Below are positions 33,110-48,660 of a stretch of DNA of 64,000 nt, piece after piece (within the stretch, counting starts at the first letter, position 1; the number at the start of each line of letters is the position of its first letter). The translations under genes were made by a program, and so were the position numbers. The DNA lies in assembly GCA_013115145.1 (NCBI GenBank), contig JAAPAO010000016.1, positions 75,601-139,600 on the forward strand, read 5' to 3'. The DNA comes from Perkinsus chesapeaki ATCC PRA-425 (Eukaryota > Protista > Perkinsozoa). The notes under the pieces are model-generated. The model was given only the letters and a program-made list of their open reading frames with translations. It was not told where the DNA came from and searched no databases.

Positions 33110-36100
33110 CTCTCCTCAGCAAGTAAGGTCGATGCGGAAAATGGAGAACGTGACTCACTATTACGGCGGAGCGAAGCTGGGAACGGGAAGGTTTTTGTAT
33201 TGCCATTAAGAGATCGGGTGTTGTTCCCCGGGCTAAGAGCGCAGGCTTTGGTAGTAGGGGTGGGGGAAACACACTGAAATGCAACTAGAAGCAAGTAAAT
33301 ATGGTAATTCATGAGCACCGGGCATGTATTGCGCAAATAAGTGGGCTAAGATCGATTTGGTATAAATGTGACAGTCTTCGAATATGAAGGCTCCTTCGAG
33401 GATGAGAGCAACACTGCTGCCCTCGTGTATGGCATACGCGCAATCTCTAACATGTGTCCCAGATCGGATGAGCTAGTACCATGGGGAGGCGGTCGGTCGA
33501 CAGGTTTTAAGCGATCTTTCGAGCGGATCCGCTCTTAAAAGCAAAAAGGGTTCATCCAATAAAGTGTTGTAGATGATGCAGCATATGCGTGCAGGTTCAT
33601 CGTAGTGTTTATGATGCCTATGTAGCTCACCAGAGGAAGTTGGACGATTCTACTAGTCTGTCTAAGATAATCACAGTTGGTGTTAAAAATGATGGCGAGC
33701 ACGAGGAGTTGTGAGTTTATGGGACTACACCAGGGCTCTTGTCCTAGGCTGAGCTATAAAATATCTTGTCCTAGGTTGAGGTATAAAATATCTTGTCCTA
33801 GGTTGAGGTATAAAATATCTTGTCCTAGGTTGAGCTATAAAATATCTTGTCCTAGGTTGAGCNNNNNNNNNNNNNNNNNNNNNNNNNNNNNNNNNNNNNN
33901 NNNNNNNNNNNNNNNNNNNNNNNNNNNNNNNNNNNNNNNNNNNNNNNNNNNNNNNNTGATCTATAAAATATCTTGTCCTAGGTTGAGCTATAAAATATCT
34001 TGTCCTAGGTTGAGGTATAAAATATCTTGTCCTAGGTTGAGCTATAAAATATCTTGTCCTAGGTTGAGCTATAAAATATCTTGTCCTAGGTTGAGCTATA
34101 AAATATCTTGTCCTAGGTTGAGCTATAAAATATCTTGTCCTAGGTTGAGCTATAAAATATCTTGTCCTAGGTTGAGCTATAAAATATCTTGTCCTAGGTC
34201 GAGCTATAAAATATCTTATCCAGATCGATAGATACTCATGTCCAGATCGTCCACATCATTGCTTCATCACGGTAATCATTGCTTTGCAGCAATGATTACA
34301 AATTCCCTCCAAGCCATCCCCACACGGTATGTTTTGGTGGGGCGCTAAAATGGGACGAATTACACTGGAGAAAATAAACGGATGGCAACCTTCCCACTGG
34401 GAGATATCTCATAACACAGATGCGCACTAGCCAGATTTTCGGACCTCAGGGGCTCTCTTGGGTGGATAAACTGGGGAGTGGTGTGTTTATTAGGCACACG
34501 GTTGGTACACTATGTCGCATGGCATCGAGCAACGCCCTCACTACTAGCCAAGCCGGAGTGGATAGTAATACGCATGTCATACTGACACTGGAGGGACTGG
34601 ACAGGTAGATATTAGAAGGGATTCATCGGACTGGCTCGAGGGAGATGGGGAGCTGGTGGCGGAGGGATCAGTATGATGCTCGATTGCATTGGCGTGAATT
34701 CAAGTGCATAAACGCCTACGCAAATGCAGGGGGCTATAGGGGGACAGAGGGATATATGTTTTTATCTTATTGCCGACATTCAGTTGACTGTAAAGATTTC
34801 GCCATCGCCCTAGAGTGAGTTCGCACTGCCTCTAGGTTGGCGGTATAACTGATGAGTGCAGCCAATCTAGATTGATTTGGAATTCCGGGGCCGACAGCAT
34901 GAGTGTTGCATTTCTCAGGGTTCAACTTGATCTTAGTACATGTATTATTACCTACGATAACAGCCCAGTGGACATTAAAGGCACTCAGCAAGAAGGTAAC
35001 GGAGCCATGGCAGGCTTGGTAGGCTTTTGTGCCCAACCGAGAAGGTATAGAGGTATCCTCTATAACTACATACAGAAGATTCGGTTGCATTAATTTTTGT
35101 TTCGTTCAGAGTTGGTTGCGTAAATCTTCACAGTGCGTAGAATGATTCTATCAGGTGGTCGCAGCGTAGTATGCGGCAAGGCGGAGGTATCCCGGATTCT
35201 CCATTCTGTCCAGAAAGGCTCATCAGAGGAGATAGAAGCTCTTGCTGGTAGGCAGTAACAGCTTCTATAGCGGTGGCAGCACTACGAATTAAATGAATTA
35301 TTAGTTCCTGAATGTTGGCTATAGTTGCGCCTATCTACTCGGATTGGTGAGAACGTTTCAAGTCTTGTATTTTATGGACGTTTTATTGATCTCCGTAATT
35401 CCTTGTAACCGGTAGTGATATTTGTTATTACCGTAACGCCATCGTGGCCGTGTGATGAGGTATTCATTTTCCGTGCATGTTGAGACCGCTCGCGGTTGCA
35501 TATAACGTCAAGATGGAGAGTTGTGTCATGACGGTGGCTCCCATGGAGCCTTTGGAGAAAGTGTAGTGGCGTTTAGTATTGCAGGTGTTATATGACGTCG
35601 TTATGCGCTTACTTTCTTCAATACTGAGAAACGATTAATACTGATCGGTTCATGGGTCGAGTGAAAAGAGGGTTTCCCCTATTACCGTACCTTTCAGCTG
35701 GCTTACAACGGAAGATTGCTGAGCTGTTTAAGGTTGAAAAGAGGCTACAAGTAGGGCGGAGCGAAGCGCTTCTCGGATATTTCCGATCAGACGGTTACGA
35801 ATGGGAAGTTCCGGCAGACTGGGTTACCGGGACCACTGGGTGGGCTGGTAGCGTCACTGTGGAATGACAGAAGCCTAGGGGGGTTAGGGGAAGGTGGGAT
35901 TTGAGGAAGGAGCGGTATGAAAGGCAATGTTAGGTGGTGAGAAAGCTATTACGGACGTACCCATTAGAGCTGAGAAGTGTTCTTTATTTGCCGATATTAT
36001 ATGCGCTACTTTAAAGGTGGGCTCAGATGGCGCCACCGGGGATCGAACCTGCGTGTTATCAGGATGTCCCAATGGCTGCACGGCAGAAAGCCTTAGAGTG

Positions 36101-39100
36101 TCTTAGCATAGAAAAGAGGTTGCACATTGCGAAGGATATGGTGGATGAGCGAAGGGAGTCGCTGTTGGTGGCTAATCGGGTTAGGGTAAGCAGGTAAGGA
36201 AGATTTCCTTGTCTGAATATATATACGCCTGTATAATATAAGGTATTCCCGTAGAGCCTATATAACTCCATATAGGGAATTATCCGATGACAGTCGCTTG
36301 AGAAAGACTTATTACGCAAGCCGGCCCTCCGAGGATTTTCTACCAAACTTCTGCTGGATCTTGGTGTTGGTACCCCCAGCTACTTGCATTTAGAATAATA
36401 TAAGAAGGCAAGCGGACATGGACGTGCGAGAAAGAGTCATTCGACGGCAAATCCAGGAGCTTCAGGGAGAACTTAAGAAGATCGGTGAGCATCTCGCTGG
36501 TGATGCGTTCTCGTAGTGTCCGATTGTAGACGGTGGAGGTGGCAACGAGGATGAATTAACGATGCTTACCAATAAACTGGCTGCTATTGACCTTCCTAAG
36601 GATATGCGTTCGGTAAGGCAGAGATCTGTGTCCAGCAAGATGATGGTTTAGGTGTGCGATAGGGAGCTACATAAGATGCAGAACACGCCAACGACGCATC
36701 CCGACTACACAGTTTCGAGGTGAGCTGCTCTAGCCGAGGATTTAGGCGCATCTCGGATGGGTGGTGTAGTCTTTTGAGCTCCTTTTGAAGCTTTCTCGTG
36801 GGTGACAGACTATATGTGACAGTGTGCTTCATGTTTGAGAAGACCCTATGAACAAATTGTGAGATACGTCTAACTATCAATGTAGTCAATGTTGTATACG
36901 GTGCACCTACTCCAATAAGTCTGCTGTGTAATTGGAGTCTCCAATTTGGAGATATAATCACCTATTACGTTCCCCGTGCTTTCAAGCGATCAAACTCTTT
37001 CCATATTCAACAATTTAATTTCAACTTATCCTTCAACTTTTCAGTGGTACTCAGTACTTTCAATGTATTACCATCTGACCACCTCCTCAGAACGTACCTC
37101 GAGACGGTTGCCTCGCTACCGTGGGCGTTGGATACCGGAGACGTGGCAATAGATTTGGAGAAGGCAAGATATGTTCTTGATAGGGATCACTTCGGTATGG
37201 CTAAGGTAGCAACTACACAGAGAAGCCTGTTATCGGTTAACTAGTAGGTTAAGAAACGGCTAATGGAGTATCTGGCGGTAGTTAAGCTGCATCAGGGAGA
37301 GGCGAGTAGCACTGTGGACGAGCAGCAGCAGCAGCGATCGATGTATGATTCGGGCATTGGTTTTAGTGGCTGCGAGTAGCATCTACGGCAATGCCGATCG
37401 CGCCCAACGCTCTCCGTTAGCGTAGGTCTCGCCAAAGAGCGAGTTCAAGTCATCGTACGAGTTTGGAGGGAGAGCGCGGAGTTCATCATCGTGAACGAGG
37501 GTCGTTGGAATTCTCATAACCCTTCTTTGGGCGCGGCTTTTAAGATTCCCAATGATTTGGTGCGCCTCAGCTATGGCATCTTGCGAGACTAGCTTTTTCT
37601 CCATGGGATGGAGCGACATTTACGGTGCCGTCAGCCTGCGGTGGTGTGCACTGGTAGAGGCGACAAGGATTCCACGTTACTCTGCGAGGCCCTCTAAGTA
37701 GTACAGGGGTTCTTGTCGCCTCTACTTGTCGCTGGTATGAGCCATGTTGCATAAGTTGATGAAGATCCCGGCGGGATCATCCCGCTGTTCTCCGAGAGTT
37801 GTGCTACTATCAGACGGGTTTCGGTTTTGAGCACTTGGGCAAGAGTGATAACGAGGGCAATACCCCATTCAAATCTGAAACTACTACCCATATTTTTGTC
37901 CGGGCTTATAAGTTGATGGTTAGCATCCATTTGGGCACGACCAAGACCAGCCTTCCCGAGAAACAGGAAACGGAATGCGGAAATGCATATACAACGGATC
38001 GCAACAAATTCCAAGGAATTTTTGGTAGCACGCCGTCTGAAGCGCATTGCTGCGGAGGGTCCGATTGATGCTTTAGGGATATTGCATATGGGGTCTTCTA
38101 AGAGACGACAAATAATGGTTTTATCGAAGCTTCCGTAAATGTATGTTGAAGTGGTTCCCAACGGATGTACAACCATGGAAAATGATGTCCTTGACGTCAC
38201 CGGTCACAGCTTCCGACGCACCGGCGCTACGATATTATGTAGAGTGGGTGTCCCGGAGGATGAGATCAAACTGGCCGGGAGTTGGAAGTCCGACGCATGG
38301 AAGGGTTACGGCGAATCAGCGCTCATGAAGACTGCTAGGACCCACGCGGAAATGACGAGAAAAGCTGTGTCTAATTAATTAAGCCAACTTGATGATCGAG
38401 TCCTGATCGAAGCGCCACCGCCGTAGTGTGTTTACGCAGTCCAATATATCTACCACTGTGCTAGTAGCACTTGTACTGTATATGTTTGTGCTGGGCAGTA
38501 CGAGCAACGGATGCATATCGTAGTGTCAGTAAGACGCAGCCGTGTTTTGTTCTTGCGAAGTCGTCCACAGTCAGCAGAGCTTGGGTGACAGGGTGGTTCG
38601 AGCTTTTCGGGGGAACCTCGTTCGCCCTGCGATAGAACCTGCCTGCACGTAAGGTTGCGGTCCTCAACTTGCGGACGAGGCTTCGACACGGCTTTTCTGG
38701 CTTTTAAAGAGTCACTTTGAATAAGGCAGGGAGAGAAATCCGCTTTTTCAAAACTTTCCTATTGCCCTTTCAAATTCCATGCCTCATTATTTCAGATCTC
38801 CCGAGGAAGAAAGTGGGCCTTCGTTAGTACCATCCCCGTCCTCAAGAACAGCAGAGCGGAGGGCTCCTCCTCCCGGTCCTGTTATGTGCCTAGTTGGTCC
38901 TCCAGGTAACTTGACTTATATGCGAGTTGTTAGCGTATGGATTTAGGTGTTGGTAAGACGTCCCTTTGTCGAAGTATTGCAGAAGCATTGGGCAAGAAGT
39001 TCTGTCGAGTGTCTCTGGGAGGAGTTCGCGATGAAGCCGAGATACGCGGTCACAGGTAAGGCAATTACATACTGGCAAAATAATTTGTACTCGACAAGAC

Positions 39101-42100
39101 TTCGTATTCTTGAAAGCGCAAAAAAGTGACCGAACAACTGGCTGGGAATTTTCACGCACGTTCAGGCTCCTATTCGGTATCATCTGTAGCTGAATATTAT
39201 CAATACCAATCCAAGTGGCATCTAACTTTCCAGCAATACCTCCCCAACGCTTACGTGCGGAATTTCGGCAGCAGGAATACTCGTTTTTACTCCTCTGGGC
39301 TACGCTGTTGTCTTGTCGCCTCTTATAAGAGTGATGCGGCCTTCCCTCAGACGTACCTATATCGGTTCTATGTTGGGCACAGTTCTCCAAGAGCTAGCTC
39401 GATGTGGCAGCAGAGAATGTGTTATGCTACTCGATGAGACCGATAAAGTTGCACAGCCGGGCTTTAACTCGAACGCTCAAGGTAGGCATCGGAAATCCTT
39501 TATTATTCTTCAAGGGAAGTGTTACCGTGCAGTATGCCGGTCTGCTGATTTTTGTTAGTACTATCATCCAGCTCTAGGAACTCTCGACTGAGTGGATGTG
39601 ATATACGGCGATCAACGCGACCTCTATTTTTATCGTCTTTCTGACTGGTAGATTCCAGATTGAATCGGGATAATATCAAACATCACTAAGTGCTCAGCCG
39701 TTACGTACTGTCGGTGATTCAGTTACGGTACGATTACGGTTGATAGACTCTTTTTGTCCGTGGCCCATTGATTATCATCATTATAATTTGATATTCTCCT
39801 CCATTGGTTTCTCTCGTATGTCGTGTGTTGTAATATGACTCTAGCGGCATTGCACTGCTATCAACCCGATACTATCGGTTATCGTAAACTCACTTCCCTT
39901 CCCCCCCTCAGCGGCCTTGCTCGAGCTCCTCGATCCTTCCCAGAACGCCACCTTCCGCGACCACTACTTGGGTGTCCCGTTCGACCTGTCATGCGTTACG
40001 TTCATTTGCACGGCGAACTCTGCCAGTGAGCTGTCGGCCTTCTAATGCGCTAGATGGATAGCATCAGGCGAGATGAGCCGACCGCTGATAGACCGTCTGG
40101 AGATGATAGAGATCCCCAGCTACACACTTGAAGAGAAACGGGAGATTGCTAAGAGGTAAGATGCGGGTTCACTTTTCGATCGTGGAGTCATGGAGCCTCG
40201 TAGAAATTTGTTCCTCAGGGATTGGAAAATATTTCTATAGTGGTTTTTTCACAGTAGAGTCTCTACTTCGAATATCTCTACTGTCGAGACTGTGGCAGGA
40301 AATTCGTGCGCATGTCAGAAAGAAAGATCTACGTGCAATCCTTATGACAACATGTGATGTTTATTTATGAACTAGGTGGACAGAAGAAGCTTCCGTGGGC
40401 TTGAAGACAGTTTGACTTGTAGATTTTAGCAGTTCAGCGATGTGGAATTTCACCGTGGCTTTGCGCCTTTTGCATTTCCTATAGAGCTGTTCCTTTGCCT
40501 CAGGCATCTATTCCCACGTCAATTGAAGTCACATTGTCTACCGACAGGATCAGCGGGTATTGATGATGATGCCATTGACCACCTCATCGAATGTTATACT
40601 AAAGAGGCTGGTGTACGGTAGGACAGAGGTCGACGGTATAGGGGGCAGAGTTACGTCTACCTCCTCCTCGGGGATAGTGGCACTTTAAGATAGCCTATAG
40701 ACTATAGGCTATCATAATAGGCGTAAATAATAGGCACTATAGGCGTAATACTATAGGCTATAGTATCACGACCAGATATCCTTACTGGAAGAATGATTTC
40801 GCATAGTGCACTGGCGAACACGCTGGAATTGTTAATGCTACTATTTGTACCATGTGGAATCTCTCTAGTTGGAAACTGACCGTAAAAGCCACTTTCGGTG
40901 AGTTTAGTCGTTCTACTTGGCGATCTCGAATTCGTATGAGATCTGTTGCCAGGATATCAATGATTTCTATGATGATGGTTCAGGAAACTATTAATATCTA
41001 CATAGCGTCTATACTTAATTGGTCTTTCATTCGGATAGTCTTGTACAGTTTTATCGGTCTTCCCACAGGTCTCTCGAGCGACGGCTCGGCGACGTGTGTC
41101 GCTATATTGCCGTGAAAACGACAGAGTCAAATGAAGCATCAAAATCCATAACAGTGAGCTCCTCTGTTCCACAGTATCACTGTGCTTAAGATACATCGAC
41201 GAGAACTGCCGGACATTGTCGGTCCAGAGCTGTTTGATTCCCCCACGGAGCTTTCGGCGAGGAGGGCTAAGCTCTTCGGGCAAGGGCAACAAATCGGGGT
41301 AACGTATGTCTCGGGTTCATTCGCGCGAAGTCGTCGGCGCCGTAAGGCCTGGCGCGCCACGCTGTCTCCGAAAGTTCTTATGAGCGACTCGGTGAAAGCG
41401 CGAGAATTAACATGTCACCATTCATCTCCAAAAATGAATACGTACCCACGCGCCGGCAGTTCGTTGGCTGTGCTGAATGGATCGACCTATCATCAAACAT
41501 TCGCTCGTGTTTGGCAGTACTGAGCGTTACAGCCCCCATTGCGCTTGCGTGCACTGCCGGGTACGCAGGAGCATTGGTGTCTCCGAATAGTGTGGTCTGA
41601 TAATAGAAGATACTCGCTTCTTGACCAATGGGAAGCCACCCGCCTTAACCCGGTTGGTTTGAGACCTTCTTTGACGAATCCGGGGCTTGCTGCACGGTGT
41701 GACGATATCTAGAGCTTTACGGTTGATGATACAGGCCTTCTGTCGCACTTGGCAACTGGAGACAACGTAAAAATCAATCGCTTTACCAAAAGTGATCTAC
41801 GGGTCTTTTCGATTAGCTCCATGTCGGTCCAAGATACGCCCACAATAGTTTCGAAGTCTTTCTGATTGGGCCTTGTCAGGTTGCTCTAGGGTTAGCAGTT
41901 ACGGCTGCCGGTGGGGATGTGTTGGAGATTGAGACCACCATTACTAGCAGTTCAATGGCCAATGGAGGCAGTGGTAAAGTGTCCATCACTGGTAGGAATG
42001 TTGTGAGACGAGCTATCGTCTGAGGTGAAATGGATTGACGCTCCGCAATATGGATCACGCATCGTTCACAATGATGGGACTTTATCATTCCATTCGCTTT

Positions 42101-43607
42101 CACAATCATCTGCATTATCACAAGCCGAATTGCCCCACGAAGCTCGATAGTTAGCAGCTTTGCGGACCTTGTCGGTTCCGTGGGTAATTGTGGTTTATTG
42201 TGGATGAGTTCCATGACATACAGTGAAGGATACGGGATAGGGCTTTGGTATTGATCACGTTAAAGTAGTCTCATTCGCACTGTATTGCTATGCATGAATA
42301 TTTCAATCGAATCCAACCTTGCTCAGGTCAGCTAGGTGAAGTGATGAGGGAATCTGTCACGACAGCCATGGCGCATCTGAGGGCGAGGGTGAATGCTTTA
42401 CAAAATACAACTGCTGAAGGTCAGCTGCGGCTGCCGCCTTTCATCCGTACTTGCAGTGTGCCTACAAGAACTCAATGAGGGCTCCGCTTACTTAGGGAGT
42501 GTATTTCTGGTGGACACTCAAACGAGCTCTCTTTGTTTTGGCTCATTTTTTAAGAGGGTATCTTATCGAGGCTACCCGAACGAGCACCATGCATTTTGGC
42601 ATTTATTGACTCCATAGCTTAACGAATACGATAAGTGCGGATTTAACAACTGGATAGTCCAATTTTCCCCTGTAGAATATCGAGGGCAAGCACAGCAACA
42701 TACCAGCTTGGGGCTACACTAGTAGTAGAGATCTCCCCTGGAGCCGCTAGCAATGATAGCTGATAGCAATGGCACTCTTACTAGTCCTCTAATGTGACAG
42801 CAGTATGGAAGTAAATCCTCAAGTAGCACGAGACTCGGGTGTATAGAAATATGTCTACGAGCTCTATAAGCCGGCTTAACTTATCATTAATGTCGATCGC
42901 TCAGCTCATGGCGTTGCTGGTTTCAGACCTCCCTTCGCCAATAGAGAGTATCTTTCGTTCAATCGACCCAAGGCTCCTATCGTCTGCGGACGTCCACGTC
43001 CATTTCCCAGCTGGAGCCGTGCCCAAGGACGGCCCGAGCGCCGGTAGGGCCACGCCTGGCACTTGTACCTTGGCATTGGCGCCTTTAGGTGTTGCAGTGT
43101 TGTTAGCTTTGGTGTCTCTTTTTACTGGTATTCCTATTCCACCGAATATAGCTACGACGGGTGAGGCCACCTCAGCGGGCGTTGAGTATGTAAAGGTCTG
43201 TTAGGTGAAATCACTTTAACGGGGCAAGTCCTTACGATTGGGGGTGTTCGTGACAAGGCCCTGGCGGCACAGAGGGCTGGAATTGATACTATCATTATCC
43301 CGCGGGCCAACGCTAGAACGTAGGTTGCCGCTACAGCAATCATATCTCTTAATAGAGTCAGGATGAATATATGTTACTTTTTCATACCATATTTCCGTCA
43401 AATCGTGCTGTCTCTGGCAGGTTACGGGCATCATTGCCGTTGTCAGTCCTGGAATCGTTGGACATGTTATTTATTGACCATATAGATGAAGCCCTTATGA
43501 GAGTCTTCAAGCCCTCATCAGATAGGCGGCACTCGAGAAGCAGCGTGGCCCTTCCTCGACCCAACAACGTCTTGTCCCCTGCCGAAGCTGCAAGATCCGC
43601 TTTGTAG
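33110..43607 (+). CDS. Lon protease (LONP2/bacterial-type architecture), many exons; start uncertain
   Basis: [12 protein letters not shown] (N domain), [17 protein letters not shown]|GVGKTS (Walker A), [26 protein letters not shown] (Walker B), [19 protein letters not shown] (catalytic Ser), [11 protein letters not shown] (catalytic Lys); ends ARSAL*. Confidence 0.95.
33737..34217. repeat. 27-bp minisatellite (CTATAAAATATCTTGTCCTAGGTTGAG) spanning an N gap, in a Lon intron
   Basis: More than 12 near-identical tandem copies with no spacers; gap at 33863..33956. Confidence 0.97.
37375..38780 (+). mobile_element. Decayed tyrosine-recombinase element (DIRS/Ngaro- or Crypton-like remnant) inside a ~1.45-kb Lon intron
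   Basis: IHLGTTKT (Lys), [16 protein letters not shown] (HxxR), [12 protein letters not shown] (Trp/Tyr); frameshift near 37955 and in-frame TAA at 38136-38138. No reverse transcriptase seen. Outer limits approximate. Confidence 0.8.
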
Positions 43608-44099
43608 GCATGCGTTTTACTAAGCTTCCAGTCACACAGTTGTGTTTCGTTTGCGGTAGGGGGATTATCTGAACTCCGAACTAGTGCTGCGGACACTCGC
43701 TTCTGGTAGTCCAGCTGCTATCGGGATCAGTGGAATTCTGCGCTGTTACCCGCTCTGGCTTGTTAAGGTTTTGTGAGTATCTCAGCCGACTTGAATCATG
43801 TAACTTAGCGTTGTAAAGCACCCCTCTGTGTGGTCATCCTTAGTAGCATACACGGGCAACAGGCCTGTCGTGCTATCAGCGGCTGAGCCAGCTTCTAGTG
43901 ACCTATCGTAACAGCTACCTAGTACAGCCAATCAATTGGTTCCATCACCAGAGACAGGGCATTTCTTGAGGTATACTTCTTGGCAGCGCCAAGAATTGTG
44001 AGTCCTAGAACGTTTCGGGGTCGCTTCTTGCAGAATACGAGCTAGTGGGAATCTTATGACCGTTTCTCTCTTATCCAGCATTCACTTATCGTTATAATA

Positions 44100-45100
44100 A
44101 TGCTCTCTATTGGTCGTGGCTATCGCGGCATTTCCCGCATCTGCCTTGCGGCCGCTCAGGCTGCTGCCAGTAGGAAGTTTGTGGTCCCCGTTGGTGTCGA
44201 TGATGTCGAGGGTACCGCCGCCGCTATCAAGAAGGCCGTCGAGTTGGCTAAAGATGGTGAGCAAATGGCAGGAGTGAAAATATCTTAAATCTTCATAGTG
44301 CGCATTTTTCTCAGGTGATATGATTTCCTGTGTCCACGTGCCCCGTCCCTTTCCTGAGTATCTCCTATCTAGTATGAATGATCCTGGTGCTGTCAGCGCT
44401 GAAGGCGAAGCGCTTTTTTTCGGAGGGTAAGCCTGTCAAAGTCTGTCCATATCATCTTCTTGTATCGATCCTTTCATCTCTTTTAATTTGGTAATTGCAT
44501 AGGAACTGACTCGACAGTGTAGCGTAAATTACCTAGTCTACCTAGCTTTTCGCATTGAATCTCCTTACAACTCAATGGAGGTGGTTATGGTTGGATCAAT
44601 CGGTGTAATATATTATTCAGTTCCCGCTTTTCACTCCTTATCATTGCTGCTTTCCATCGTATTACATTAGCCTCATTTCTTTGCCTTGTGCTAGCGGCTT
44701 CGCTCCGCCTACCTGCGCATTCCTCCCTGTTTTCTGGCATTTAAGTCTGCCTCGTTCCAGTTACTTGAAGAGCCTCTTCGAGGCTACTGGCCCGAGTATC
44801 ATCACCAAAGTGCGTAAGGAAGTGGAAGACTTGGCCGTGGAGAAGAACCTGCAGACCGAGTACAAGCTGTTGAGTCCTAGCAACAATGTCAAGGTGAGAT
44901 CCTGACACTCTACGAATAGAGCTCACTTGCTGAAATGAACTGCTTGAGAAAGTACAGGCCCTTGCTAGCGATGCAGTTGCATACTTCGCCGAGAGCATTC
45001 TCCCTTGTGATCGGGGATGTTTTTTAACTAATCCGTCTGGGCATTATAGCTCGGCCACACCACTGAAGTGACTCGTATCATTCACTTTGAATTACTATTG
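44100..45100 (+). CDS. Universal stress protein (USP) domain protein, multi-exon; 3' end approximate
   Basis: RKFVVPVGVDDVEGTAAAIKKAVELAKDG|DMISCVHVP is a USP N-terminal beta-alpha-beta signature, preceded by an Arg-rich leader. Confidence 0.8.
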
Positions 45101-45484
45101 TGACTAATACTGTATGTCATCCGTCATTATAATACTCTGACCTGTCAGGTTGAACTAGTTGCCCACTGTCGTACCACCGGTGCTGATTATGTCGTCGTCG
45201 GTCCAGGAAAGGATTGCTCCGGCAGGATGGCCGAGTGGCTTTGCGGGTAGACCCTCTGTTTGCTGCAAGCCATTAAACTTATCGGTTTCAGTAACGTCCG
45301 TGGAGCTACAGTCGTGGCTGTAAGGGATCACTGCAAGGGAACTGTTCAGGGCTGATTCGATAATACTGATGGCGCTCAATAAGGAGTTCGCCAATATGAT
45401 GATGATGATGTTAATGAATCTTATTCTATCCCCTCTTCGCATCTGCGTTTCTTCCTTGCCATGCCTACTAGTTTACTATTCTAT

Positions 45485-48128
<2,644 letters not shown>

Positions 48129-48660
48129 GGAGAGCGCCGTTTTATTATTATTAACTATTCTGCGTGTTCTACCACTTTTAGCAGGCTCGATCTGAAGCCG
48201 TTACCTTCTGCATTGTAATGTGCAATGCATGTTCCCCACGTTCCTGCGCCTGTGTGGCTCGCGTTCCTCCGGTGTGTGATTTTGACCCCCACTTTGGTTA
48301 CTGTATGATGAACCATTGATAAACAGTAATGAGCGAGATATCCTCTCGGATCTCATTGTTCGGAAAGTTCCTTAAACTTCGTCTCTGTTTTGTTACTAAT
48401 ATCACCAATGGCAGTTTCCACCACATGAAAACATTCTACACGTTCCGTGTCGAGTACGGATGTGCTTCGCATAAAAGCGTCAGGGCTCCTGTCGCCTTGA
48501 TTGCTTAGCTCAGCCAAGCTGGTATGCTGACGTTGAGAGTAAATTGGAAGGGAGAGAGACAGATCACGATAGCTAGCCAAGATAGCTTAGCTACCGTAGC
48601 TAGTCATAGCTCACCATAGACTAGTGGGTGTTGGTTCTGGGAAGGGACGGAGCACCATCG

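Noticed and set aside
33677-34231. CRISPR-like array or repeat protein (YKISCPRLS)n
   Set aside because: Units are directly adjacent with no unique spacers, no cas genes are present, the context is eukaryotic, and the ORF is only the translation of an intronic minisatellite. The same applies to the arrays at 24.8, 32.7 and 57.4 kb.
38947-39129. Separate ORF belonging to the mobile element
   Set aside because: Alternative frame of the Lon Walker A exon ([16 protein letters not shown]).
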